A DNA stretch of 64,000 nt from Octopus sinensis (GCF_006345805.1 NC_042998.1:169632001-169696000), one strand, 5' to 3'. Numbered from the stretch's first letter, positions 24,811 through 37,522 are shown. Notes: a model not told the origin generated them from the sequence alone. A program made the numbers and translations.

Positions 24811-25479
24811 AGAATTTATTTTTCAAATATATAATACTATACCAAGGACTTTCTATTTCTTATTCTACCTTGTGTGTGTGTGCATTTTTGTGTTTGTTCC
24901 CCATCACCAAGGGGCTGACAGAATATGTACCAGGCTTAACAAGAAATGTACTGGAGTCAATTTATTCAACTAAAATTCCTCAAGATGGTGCCCCAGCATG
25001 GTCGCGGTTTAATGACTGAAACAAGTAAAATAGAGGAAAACAATAGGAGTCTTCAATGTTTTGCTATGAAAAAAAAAGAGCAAAAAAAAACATTTGTTAA
25101 AATAATCTTCAATGCTTCAGACATTTTTGGTGTTTATTTCTCAGAATGGGATTTTGAACTTAAAATCTCTTTCTTGTGACCATTAACAAATAGTACTTGG
25201 TGTCTGAGTACTCATAAATAGCTCTCTTTATCATTAAGATAAATTAACAAGCAACAAACCAGAAAGTAATTTAGGTTATCATTTACATGAATGTAAATTA
25301 TTTTCTGGTTTGATAGTTGTTAATTAGGGTCTACAAACAAATGCTGTGGATTTCAGCAAATTTCTCTTCAACTAATTGTAAATTATCACTTTGGTAACAA
25401 AAAGAAAGAAAAAATATTGTGCATGCAGTTAATCTGTCATGATTCACGTGACTAAATCTGGCCTTTCACTCCTATTCTG

Positions 25480-25712
25480 ATTTCTTTATTGCCCACAAGG
25501 GGCTAAACATAGAGGGGACAAACAAGGACAGACAAATGGATTAAGTCAATTATATCGAACCCAGTGTGTAACTGGTACTTAATTTATCGACACCGAAAGG
25601 ATGAAAGGCTAAGTCGACCTCGGTGGAATTTGAACCCAGAACCTAACGGCAGACGAAATACTGCTAAGCATTTTTCCCGGTGTGCTAACATTTCTGCCAG
25701 CTCGCCGCCTTG
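25480..25712 (-). mobile_element. Family-B SINE variant
   Basis: Matches 13076-13260 and, reversed, 52805-53045; inserted in a piggyBac-like MITE remnant. Confidence 0.8.
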
Positions 25713-27950
25713 CTCTCACACCTATTCTGCAATGTAATTCTAAAAATAATCACATTACCAAAATCTCAAAGCTATGAGAATAGGCTTGATTAATTCAAAA
25801 CAATTTGAATAAATAAATATTATATTTGTCAGAATAATCTGAATGCTAAAGTCATATCTGGCCCAAGTTCTCTACTTGTTTTATATTTAAACTGACCAGA
25901 TTCTGTCTCTCACACATATTCTACAATGTCATTCTAAAAATTAACAGTCAGTGGCTTGTAACGAGATGGGCTTAGAGATTAGGGTGTTTGGCACATGGTC
26001 TCAATATGTGTTGAGTTCCTGGACTGGTCAGCATGCCATGTCCTTGAGGAAGGTACTCTATTTCATGTCACTCAGTTGCAAGTACCAGTTTGTTGCTGGT
26101 ATATTCCTCTGTTCCTTCAGCTGTTACATCCTGGATGTTGTACTGGTTCATAAAGAAGGAGGCTGTGAGGGTGTCTATATCAGCGCATGATTACATAGGC
26201 ACCAAAAACAATTAGTAAAATAAAAACATAGTGCATGTTACCAAGTCATACTTGCAGGTGACAACTGGTTGGACTATACTAATTAACTGCTTAAATGATG
26301 CATATTATAGGTGCAGGCATGGTTGTGTGGTAAGAAGTTTGCTTCCCAACCACATGGTTCCAAGTTCAGTTGCACAATGTGGTACCTTGGGCAAGTGTCT
26401 TCTATTATTGCTCCACACCAACCAAAGCCATGGTGGATTTGCTTGACAGAATCTAAAAGAAACCTGTTCATCATCATTATCATCGTTTAACATCTGCTTT
26501 CCCTGCTGGCATGGGTTTGACTGAGGACTGGCAAGCCGGTAGGCTGCAGCAGGCTCCAATCTGAACTGGCAAGGTTTCTACAGCTGGATGCCCTTCCTAC
26601 TGTTGCATATATATATATGGGGTTTGGTGCAGCCATCTGGTTTGCCAGTCCTCAGTCAAATCGTCCAACCCATGCCAGCATGGAAAGCGAACATTGAACA
26701 ATGATGATGATGATATATATACATACATATGATGGACTCTCCCATTGAAGACAATGTATGGCTGTTCAGCTTATGCCAAATGACCCCCATAAATGATTTG
26801 TTTATAGTGATCAAATGTATGTACCATACATTAGCTCATACTCTCCATCAAATTGATGTTGTCTGCGCAAGTCCACAGTGTGCCACACGTCAGGTGTTGA
26901 AGTGATTGCTTATCAATGTGAGATGAACTGTTTTGCTCAAGAACACAACACACCACCTGGTCTATGAATTGAAGCTACAATCTCACGTTTGTGAGCGCAT
27001 CACCCTAATCATTAGGCCATGTGCCCTCTAATAAGTGTGTATGTGTGTACATGCATGTATGTGTGTGTTACTATCACATTGTTAGATAGTTGTAAATATG
27101 AGTCACTATCATGCAAGTAGTGTTCTTTGTTTCCAATCTTCCATGAAAACATGTCTGGGTTATGGCATGGGGAAATATTACCTTACTAGGAAACAGGTGA
27201 ATGTTGGCAAGAGAAAGGAGCGTCTGGCCATAGAAAATCTTTCCCCAACAGATTCCATCCATTCAATGTAAGCAGGGAAAAGTGGACAGTAAAACAACAC
27301 ACACACAGATAGATATATAGGTTAAGTAATTTGAAAATGAAGTGCTGTGGCCATAATACTTGCAACAGAGTATGAACCACTGATTTCTAAGGCTGATAGG
27401 CTTGTACCCTATCTCCTCAACCATCTGAGCCCCTCCGCTTGTGTTTGTTTACTTCTGTTGGAAGCACTTTATCTAAATCTGTTCGGCTTATCTTGGGAAA
27501 TGTTGCTGGGCAACCAGTAAACTCTATTTTTACTGATAAAATCAATCTGTGCTATGTTCCAGATTGAAGGATGTATTATTTATTAATTAATCTTAGGAAA
27601 AGATTTTTTATTGATTATAGTTTTTCATGTTACATTGTTACATAACTGGAATTTACTTTTATCAATTTTTGAATGCTAATAACAACAATAAATAATAATA
27701 ATAATAATAATGATAATAATATTAACATGTCATTCTTGCTGGTACACTGAACTGTTAAATTTTTAAGTGCAACACTTGTAATATGAGCGCATTACATGTA
27801 TATAGGCCTGGGTAATATAACAATAATAAAGTGGTGGGAAAACGAACACATTTATGAATTATACTAAAATTAAGATATTAATATCTTGCTTTCCCATGAA
27901 TTTCTGAACTCTTGCTCGATGGCCTGGTTTCCCCTTCATTGTGTACTCTA

Positions 27951-28140
27951 TACTCTTTTACTTGTTTCAGTCATTTGACTGCAGCCATGCTGGAGCACTC
28001 TTTAGTCGAGCAAATCGACCCCAGGATTTATTCTTTGGATGCCTAGTACTTATTCTATCGGTCTCTTTTGCTGAACGTGACGTAAACACAGCAGCATCAG
28101 TTGTCAAGGGATGTTGGGGGGGACAAACACAGACACACAA

Positions 28141-28182
<42 letters not shown>

Positions 28183-28330
28183 GACAGGCTTCTTTCAGTT
28201 TCTGTCTACCAAATCCACTCACAAGGCTTTGGTCGGCCTGAGGCTATAGTAGAAGACACTTGCTCAAGGTGCCACGCAGTGGGACTGAACCCAGATCTAT
28301 GTGGTTCATAAGCAAGTTACTTACCACAAC
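27951..28330 (-). mobile_element. Family-A SINE
   Basis: Reverse complement of 5416-5820 with an internal (CA)n. Confidence 0.85.
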
Positions 28331-29489
28331 ATGATTTTAAGTTCTGTCCCACTGTGTTGCATCTTGGACAATTATCTTGTATGGCCTTGGTTTAACCAGG
28401 CTTTGTGAGTGAAATTGGCTGGTGGAAACTGTGGAAACCTTGTGTGTGCACGTGTGCACACCCATGTATAATATGATTTTGGGTTCTATTTATTGTGTAG
28501 CATCTTGGATAAATGTCTCATATAGCCTTGGAGTTATGCAAGCTTCGTGAATAAAATTGGTAGATGGCAACTGTCTGGAAGTTTGTGTAATAACAATCTT
28601 CAGGTGAACAGCATCATGATAAGTAGCTTGCAACTTTCAATTTCAAAGACTGCTGGAATTGGTAAATGGTGCAATTATGCAGTTCTCTTGGTATCAGTAA
28701 GGGGAGTTACAAAGATCAAGAAACAGGCAAATTGAAAGAATAAATAGATTAAATGTTCTTAACCATTTCCCTGTCCAACACTATTGGTTGACTTGCCACA
28801 TTTTTTCTGCATAATTAAAACTGTTCATAATGTTAGGAATTTCTTTTGTTCTTTTCATTATATCTTTAAAGAAAGCATATATACCTGACAAAAACCTGAG
28901 AGACACAATAAGGCTCTCAAGACATGTAAGGAATTTTTATTAGGCATTTCAGATGTCATAAGAAACATTTGACAACCATATGTAGCTCTCAAAACTGATT
29001 GGATTAAGAATAATCTTTTATCTTTTACTTGTTTCCGTCATTAGACTGTAGCCATGTTGAAGAATTTCTACTCAAGTAATTTAAGCCATTTTTTTTAAAG
29101 CCTGGTACTTATTCTATTGGTCTTTTTTGTCAAACAATTAGATGGGTCAAAACCATTGAACTAAATAATAGTCTCATGAATTCCATTTTTCTTTCTCTTA
29201 TATTTTACCACATATATAGTAAAATAAGGATTCATATAGAATCAGGTACTTGAAAAGGTATAGGGTTGGATAAACCTGTGGTTCTGGCCTATGGTTGGTA
29301 AGTATCAAATAGGATATACTGATTGTGTACACAGAGAAAACCACCCTATGAGTATTTAGTGCTTAGGGACTGGTCCAAAGCATGCATCATGTTGCATTGT
29401 ACATTGTTGGTATATTCTAGGGTGTCCGACCAGTTGTAAACCCCCTTGGTGTATTATAATCAAATGATGATGGATAACTATCAGCTTAT

Positions 29490-29563
29490 TACAACTGTTT
29501 CTTATGAATTTTTTAATAGAAGAATGAGAACATTTCTCCATTACAAAAAGCCGTAATCATCAG
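29490..29563 (-). ncRNA. Decayed hammerhead-like motif
   Basis: CTGATGA TTACG..CATAA GAAAC AGTT GTA: canonical core, but stem I does not pair. Confidence 0.4.
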
Positions 29564-29718
29564 GGACATGGTTGAAGTCTGCCGACAGCCTTTAGCCATG
29601 CCCCTGCTGTATTCTTGGAATATTCTTTTGTTTGTAAAGTTACATTTCATCTGATTACGGTTTTTTGTAATGGAGTAATGTTCTCATTCTTCTATTAAAA
29701 AAAAAGTGTAAGAAACAG

Positions 29719-29789
<71 letters not shown>

Positions 29790-29911
29790 GCAGGCAGATT
29801 GCTTGAGGAAGTAACAACATATTGGGGAAACTGCAGAGTAACAGTCCAGTCGATCAACCTAAATAAGCAATCTATGTAATTATCTGTGATGTGTGTATGC
29901 ACACACACATA

Positions 29912-30525
29912 TAGTGAAGGTGTATGGCTTAGCAGTTAGGGTATCCGATTCACAATTGTAAGGTTGTGAGTTCGATTACCAACAGCATGTTGTGTTCTTG
30001 AGCAAAGCACTTTATTTCACATTGCTCCAGTCCACTCAGCTGGAAAAAATGAGTAGTACCTGTATTTCAAAGGGCCAATCTTGCCACATTCTGTGTCATG
30101 CTGAATCTCCCTGAGAACTACGTTAAGGGAATGTTGTTTGTTCCTTCTCGAGCCATGCCTGGCTCATAAGGGCCGGTTTCCTTGGCGTATAGGTTCCCCA
30201 CCTGGACAGGACGCCAGTCCATCGCAGGTGAACTGCTAGATGCAGGAGGAAAGAGTGAGAGAAAGTTGTGGCGAAAGAGTCAGCAGAAGTTCACCGTTAC
30301 CTTCTGCTGGAGCCGCGTGGAGCTTAGGTGTTTTGCTCATAAACACACACACATTGCCTGGTCTGAGATTCGAACCCGTGAATCCTCAACCGCGAGTCTG
30401 CTGCTCTAACCACTAGGCCATGTGCCTCCACTTTAAGGGAATGCCCAGCCACTTGCACGCTAATTTAATGAGCAAGCTATTCGGTTGATTGGATCAACTG
30501 GAACCGTTGTCATAACCAACAGAGT
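29912..30525 (+). mobile_element. Family-H SINE split by a family-D SINE insertion
   Basis: Body matches 9770-10086 on both sides of 30134-30432. Confidence 0.75.
30134..30432 (-). mobile_element. Family-D SINE with an 11-bp TSD
   Basis: TTAAGGGAATG at 30123-30133 and 30433-30443. Confidence 0.9.
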
Positions 30526-31214
30526 ACTAGTATATTATAAATATATATCATTGACTTCCTGTCCAAACACTTCATATTTGTATCATGTATTTATATTTTG
30601 CATTTTATCAAGTAAATTTCTCCAAGTACTTTTCTTCCTTCAGTTTTTGAGCGTAACAGTGATTAACACCTCAGTAGATGATCTAGAATTTGGTGATATT
30701 ATTTATTAATTACTTAATTAGGAAATTGATACCCTGAAATCAATATCTTGTAAACATGTGTGAAAACATTTACATCTAATCAGGTTAATTATATTCAATC
30801 TGCCTTTGCCAGTGAAAGGATATGATGAGTAAAAGTCAACAATAACATGTAAAAAAGCACTTTTATAATGTACACCAGCAAATTATATCCAAATTCATGC
30901 AATAGTTATGTTTTTATGATTTTTATACTGGACTAACTGCATTTCATCATCATCATATTGTTTCTGACATGATTGAGAAGTTTGTCAAAGGACAGTACTA
31001 CAGGAAAATTCTGGTTTGATTTATGTACTTTTCCTTATGATTGGGATATGTTAATTAAAACCAACCACTAGGATAAAAATCTTGAAGCATTAAGTATGCT
31101 ATTTTAAAATAGTAAGAGGATGCTATCTAAGCAAATTAAAGCTTTATATGCTTTGCGATCCAGTTCCAGAAAAGAAGTATATCACATTCTCTCAAAAATA
31201 TATATATTTTTTTA

Positions 31215-31600
31215 TTACTTGTTTGTCATTAGACTGCGGTCAAGCTAGGGCACTGCCTTGAAGAATTTTTAGTTGAATAAATAAACCCTAGTACATAAAT
31301 TCATTGCTAAGCTTAGTACTTATTCTGTCGGTCTCTTTTCACTGAATCACTAAGTTACAGGGATGTAAACACACCAACACCAGTTGCCAAGCAGTAGCAG
31401 GAGACAAATAAAGACACACACAAACACATACACACACACATGATGGACTTCTATCAGTTTCTGCCTAACACATCCACTCACAAGGCTTTGGTCAGCCCAA
31501 AGCTTTAGTAGAAGACACTTGCCCAAGGTGCCATGCAGTGGAACTGAAACCAGGAAACATGTAGTTGGGAAGCAAGCTTCTTACCACACAGCCACACCTG
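31215..31600 (-). mobile_element. Family-A SINE, diverged
   Basis: Both halves are recognisable in reverse orientation. Confidence 0.75.
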
Positions 31601-33399
31601 CACCTTATGACATCAACAATATACAGTTTTCACTGTTAAGAATAAAATTTCTAAAATGGTTAGAGAAATTTGCTTTGCTCCAATGGTAGAACATTTGTCA
31701 TGTCTACAGGGGATCTGAGTTTGTGTCCTACAGGCCTTCAACTTCTTCCCAAAAGGGTTTTTCAACCTATCGTTTACATGCTGATATTTATAGCTTAATG
31801 TGCTTTGAGATCCAGTTCCCAAAAAGAAAATATATATTTTTCTGTCCTTGTTTTTGCTACTAACTTCTAGTCAACCATAATCAAGCATGCACTAATCAAA
31901 AGCATTCCCATCATGATCATCATGACTTTCAAAGAATATCTAAGGCTATGCTATCTAATGTGCCTTTCTGTTTTTTAAAACAATAGAGTATGGTTTAAAG
32001 GAGATCTGTTATTTTTAGCAGTTCAGTTGACCATGTAGATACCCTACCATATAAGTTTGATTCTCTATCATTTAGCTATCCCTCGTAGACATACTAGTAA
32101 TTTCATAAATTTTATAAATTCATTATCTTTATTTTGTAACCATAGATAGATTTTATAATATATAATTTTGACTAATGAAAAAGAAATTCAATACTAGGAT
32201 GAAAGCATACCATACATGGCATTTAACATTTTGAAATTTTGCTGAAAGTTGAGTATAAACACTTGAACAAGCAATTTACAATTTTTTACTCAACCTTACT
32301 AAAAAAAAAAAAATTTAATTCTGCACTTATAAATTTACTGCCACATACCTTCATGAATGCATAATCATATAACAATAATATTTAATTTTATATGTTTGAT
32401 TCCCTACTCATCTCTCACATACATAAAAATCTTTGTAAATTTATGATTCTTGTAACAGTACTTCTTCAGACAATTTTTACAATTTATCATCTTTACAATG
32501 TAAAGAAAAGAAAGAAATGCATACCACCCCATGACATTTAACTTAGCAAAATTTTGCTGGAAAGTGTACAACCAATATAAACACTTGACTGTGTAGTTTA
32601 CAATCTTTGTCCAACCTGCTAAATTTTTTACATACCCTGGATTACTTTCATACTGGACTAACTACATATATCAAAATCTCTAGCTTCAAACAGGATTGAG
32701 AGATTTATCTACAGGAAATTTCTGGTTTGGTCTGTGTACTTTTCCTTATAACTGGTACAGTTTAATCAAATCCAGCTATTGCAATAAAGGCAGTTAGTCC
32801 AGTATGAAAGTAGCTTCATTTGAACACGTATAGTTTTGCATATATACAAGTGTACATATATTTACAACCACATAACCTCGTGTATATACTCACATAATTA
32901 ATTTGATTTATCTACCTCTCATAGATAAAGTCAGTAGTACATCTGATGTGTACAAGAGTACAATTGTATGAAAGCAAAGCATCTGTAATTAAGTTCTTTA
33001 ACCATTCCCTTTTTTCCATTTGTTTCAGTCATTAGGTTGCAACTATCCTGGGTACTGCCTTGAAGGGCTTTATTGAACAAATTATTGACCCCAGTAATTA
33101 TTCTCCTTGCCCTCACTCCAATTCTTTTCAACATCACTTGCTATCTCTGTTATCTCCCCTCATGCTCTTATGGAACATCCCCCTCTATCCCCTCTGGACT
33201 ATATGCACTACCCCCACTGTTACCTCTGGGCAGGCCTCTCCCTCTCTCTCACTCTGACTGTTTTTCTAACTCCCTCCCACCTTCCTTGTCCTTCTGAAGT
33301 AGTCAAGTATTTCCTCAGTAGTAAGAGGGCTGCCTCAGTCATCCCTTGATCTCTTGGTTCTACTCCCTCTCTCAGCCGAAAGGTCCTTAGATTGTGAGC

Positions 33400-33785
33400 T
33401 TGCTGATGCGTCACATAAAATGCACTCATTTCTGTGTCACATAACATAGCACCTGTTCCGGTGCCATGTATAGAGCACTCGTGCAAATGTTATGTGATGA
33501 GTATCTGTGTTGGTGCTATGTAAAAAGCACATGTGCCACTTCCACATAAAAGGCAACTGTGCAGGTGTCACCTAGGGAGCACCCACGCCAATGCCATGTG
33601 TTACACAACTCTGCTGGCGACATGTTAAAAGCACCCGATACACACTAAAGTGGTTGGCATTAGGAAGGGTATCCAGCTGTAGTAACCATGCCAAAACAGA
33701 CAATTGGTATAGATCTCTGGCTGACCAGCTCCTGTCAAACCATCCAATCTGTGCTAGCATGCAAAACGGGTGTTAAATGATGATA
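33400..33785 (+). mobile_element. RTE LINE 3' UTR (family E), diverged
   Basis: AAAAGCAC subrepeats, GTGGTTGGCATTAGGAAGGG, GCTAGCATG..GTTAAATGATGAT. Confidence 0.65.
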
Positions 33786-33834
33786 TATACAATATATATA
33801 TATATATATATATAATATATATATATATACATGA

Positions 33835-34372
33835 AAATAAGGATGAAATCGTTAATTTAAAAATTTAAAAAAACGATTTTATCAAGTGGTCAGCATGGAA
33901 AAAAATAACGTTCAAAGGTAATAATTATAAAAATTATAAATTAGGGTATCTACGAGATACAACCATGCAGAAAATAGCAGCCATAATCTGACTTTAAAAC
34001 CGCCTAAATTGTCCATATATCAACAGAGAAAAAACAAAGAGACAAGATGAAACTAGTAAAAATTACTGGATAATTCTAGATCCGGATTTCTGGCTTTGCA
34101 TTTATGAATGCTTTGCCTCGTCAATAGAATACACACAGAAGATAAACATAAATACATATATATATATAAATACAACATGCGAATACTTATACGAATGTAT
34201 ACCCATGCATCATGGCCAATTCAAAATGCCTGCCGTTTTATTCCATGTGAGATATGGTCAAAATATCGCCGCAGTAAATACAGTGTCGAAATAAATTTAA
34301 ATTTATATAAATAAGGATAAGACCGTTAATTTAAAAATAAAAAAACGATTTTATCAGCATGGAAAAAATAAC
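33835..34372 (-). mobile_element. ~540-bp unit with ~65-75-bp terminal direct repeats and an internal hammerhead-like motif (Penelope- or retrozyme-like)
   Basis: AAATAAGGAT..GTTAATTTAAAAAT..AAAACGATTTTATCA..GCATGGAAAAAATAAC at 33835-33908 and 34309-34372. Confidence 0.55.
34073..34130 (-). ncRNA. Hammerhead-ribozyme-like motif
   Basis: ATTCTA TTGACGA GGC..GCC A GAAA T CCGG ATC TAGAAT: 6-bp stem I, palindromic ATCCGGAT, AUC triplet. Confidence 0.6.
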
Positions 34373-34506
34373 ATCTCAGCAGTGATTATGAGTGTATGTG
34401 TATATATAATGGGAAGCTTTATGAAAATAGACAAAAGACGAAGGCAGGTGGAAAACAAACAAACAATTGTATTAGTATGGCGCTCAGGAAATATAAATAA
34501 AACAAG

Positions 34507-34544
34507 TCTTTAACGTTTCGAGCCTACGCTCTTCAACAGAAAGA
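34507..34544 (-). ncRNA. Hammerhead-like motif, variant core (same family as 62726)
   Basis: TCTTT CTGTTGA A GAG cgtagg CTC GAAAC GTT AAAGA. Confidence 0.55.
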
Positions 34545-34545
34545 T

Positions 34546-35089
34546 ACGTGTGTATGTATGTATGCATGTATGTATGTATGTATATATATAGGTATGTATA
34601 TATATATGTAGGTATGTATATATATATGTATGTATATATATTTGTGTATGTATGTATATATATATATATATGTATGTGTATGTATGTGTGTGTATGTATG
34701 TGTGTGTGTATGTATGTATGTATGTGTGTGTATATATATATATGTATATATATATATGTATATATATATATATGTGTGTATATATATGTATGTGTATATA
34801 TATGTATGTGTATATATATGTATGTATATATATATATGTATGTGTATATATATGTATGTATATGTATGTATATGTGTGCATATATATTTATGGATGTATG
34901 TGTGTATATATATGTATGTATATGTATGTATATGTGTGTATATATATATATGTATGTATATGTATGTATATGTGTGTATATATATATATGTATGTATATG
35001 TATGTATATGTGTGCATATATATTTATGTATGTATGTGTGTATATATATGTATATGTATGTATGTGTGTGTATATATATGTATGTATAT

Positions 35090-35125
<36 letters not shown>

Positions 35126-35285
35126 GTATGTGTATGTATGTATATATATGTGTATATATATATATGTGTGTGTGTGTATGTGTATGTATAGATGTGTATA
35201 TATATGTCTATGTATATATATTTATATATTATGTATACATTGATTTATATGTACATATACACACATTCACGCGTGTGTGTATGCG
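34546..35285. repeat. ~740-bp compound (TA)/(TG)/(TATG) microsatellite
   Basis: Directly visible; source of the long YIYI/VCVC pseudo-ORFs. Confidence 0.97.
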
Positions 35286-35569
35286 TATATTTATAAAAAA
35301 CAGGAATGGATCCTAACTTCTGTTAGCCAGCTTAGCTGCTATTTTATTTCACTATAACTGTCGTTATAACAGTTATGGAATTTAAATGTTTAACAATGTA
35401 TTCAATAGACCAGTCCCTCAGACTCGCACCTGTCGTGCTTATATTTATCCGTTTGACTCTGTCTGCCTTTTACTATTATGTGCGTACATATATTTATACA
35501 GGTGTGTGTGTGTATATATGTATATATATATATTATATGTATATATATATATATATTCATATGTATATT

Positions 35570-35950
35570 CTCTTTTACTTGTTTCAGTCATTTTGACTGT
35601 GGCCATGCTGGAGCACTGCCTTTTAGTTGAGCAAATCGACCCCAGGACTTATTCTTTGTAAGCCTAGTACTTATTCTATCGGTCTCTTTTGCCGGGCACG
35701 TCAACACGCCAGCATCGGTTGTCAAGCGATGTTGGGGGGGGGGGGGACAAACATACACACACACATATATATACACACACATACATACATACGACGGGCT
35801 TCTTTCAGTTTCCGTCTACCAAATCCACTCACAAGGCTTTGGTCAGCCTGAGGCTATAGTAGAAGACACTTGCCCAAGGTGCCATGCAATGGGATTGAAC
35901 CTGGAGCCATGTGGTTCGTAAGCAAGCTACTCACCACACTACCACTCCTA
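35570..35950 (-). mobile_element. Family-A SINE
   Basis: Reverse complement of 5416-5820. Confidence 0.88.
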
Positions 35951-36189
35951 CACCTATGTATATGTCTATATACTTAAGTATATAGGAAATGCATCAATTG
36001 ACATATCGAGTTACACCAAATGCTTTGCTTGTCTGTTTTCCAGGTTTGCTCTGTTTACATTTTTGTGTATGTATGTATATACATGTATGCATTTATATAT
36101 TTTTGCATATAGGGCATTGTTGCTCAATTTGACAGTTTGGAAAAGAAAAGGAAAAGAAAACATGATATTTCATCCAAAAAGAAATGCAG

Positions 36190-37020
36190 TTTAAAAAAGC
36201 AAAAAAATATCAACTGCGTTATAGCTGAAGGATTAGTTTACTCAAAGTACTTCCAACATGGCCTTAAGACGGCTCCAGTATCTGGCACATGTGTTTGTCA
36301 CTATGTCCTTCATGAGACAGGTTTTATAGGCAAAGCAGTTGGTGACTTTCTCTCTCAACTGCATCCCACTCATGGTAATTCATGAGATTTCAATTAAAAA
36401 TCCAAAAATTGGGGCTGGTAAAATTATAGAAATTTTTGAACAACCACTTCTGACTCTTTCTTGAAGTATGGCAAGGAGGAGCTTAACCCTGCTGCCATAC
36501 ATATGGCCTTCCAGCAGCAACCCTCTCAAGCCAGGGATTGATAGTAGTTTCCAGCAGCTTCACAAAGCAGTCTGAATTGAGCCTAGGACTCTGTTCAAAG
36601 ATTTGAGGTAGACTAAAGACCATCATGGTTTGGGGGAACTTAGTTTTCAGGATATATGAGACATCATATGCATCGTAGACAAGCACCTATTATTCAAAAT
36701 GTAATGAAAGTAATCCTGGCTGATCTTTTCATCTTAGAAAAACCATATTATCCCTGGCTCAACAGAATGTCTCAGCTTGTTCAGGAGTTTCTTTGCTCTC
36801 CGTCAAGTGGTTCTCCTAGGCTTTGGCTGTTAGACTATGTCCCTTGCATAGCTTGGTGGTGACTCCAATCTATCTCTCTCACCAAAGCCCAGATTCCCTT
36901 GCTCCAATCTTCCATCAGTTTGTCCTCCAGTTTGTTGGATGAATTGTGGCATGTCGACACAATGAAAATGCCTTCCTGCTGGTCATAGCTTCAAAATTGC
37001 TGTTGCAGCTGTCCATATAG
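36190..37020 (-). mobile_element. Degenerate Tc1/mariner-superfamily transposase remnant (maT-like appearance)
   Basis: INPWLERVAAGRPYVWQQG (catalytic D lost), then a region resembling HTSRKSQKW and a C-terminal RFWSRLKA..AVIAEG-type motif; many stops. Confidence 0.7.
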
Positions 37021-37464
37021 CATCTTAGTCTTGACGTTGTTCATATGTGTATGTCTGTTTATTAGATATTTGTGTGTGTGTGTGTGTGTATATAAGACTT
37101 TTTCTATTCCTGAGCGTTATACTAATACATCTGTTGTTTTGTACACCACCTGTCTTTGTCTTTTGTTTTTTTCGTAAACTCTCCCTATATATATATATAT
37201 ATACAATTGCAGCATGGAAGGTGTTTATAAACCATTTAAAAAACACACAAAAACCGTTAAATTCACTTCAACATTTAAATTTAATTTGTGTCAAAATATT
37301 TTCATTATTTTGAAACTGCATCATGTTCACTGACAAAATTTTATGAGTTTTTGTTGTTTGTTTTTAAATGGTTTATAAACACCTTCCGTGCTGCAATTGT
37401 TTTGTTTCAGCACACAATCTCAGATCAAGTCACTTACTATACAAGTACATCTCCATAATAAATA

Positions 37465-37522
<58 letters not shown>

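Noticed and set aside
34484-35316. Long ORFs of 123-231 aa ([12 protein letters not shown])
   Set aside because: Translations of a TA/TG microsatellite; the same applies to 60564-61401, 7598-8165 and similar.
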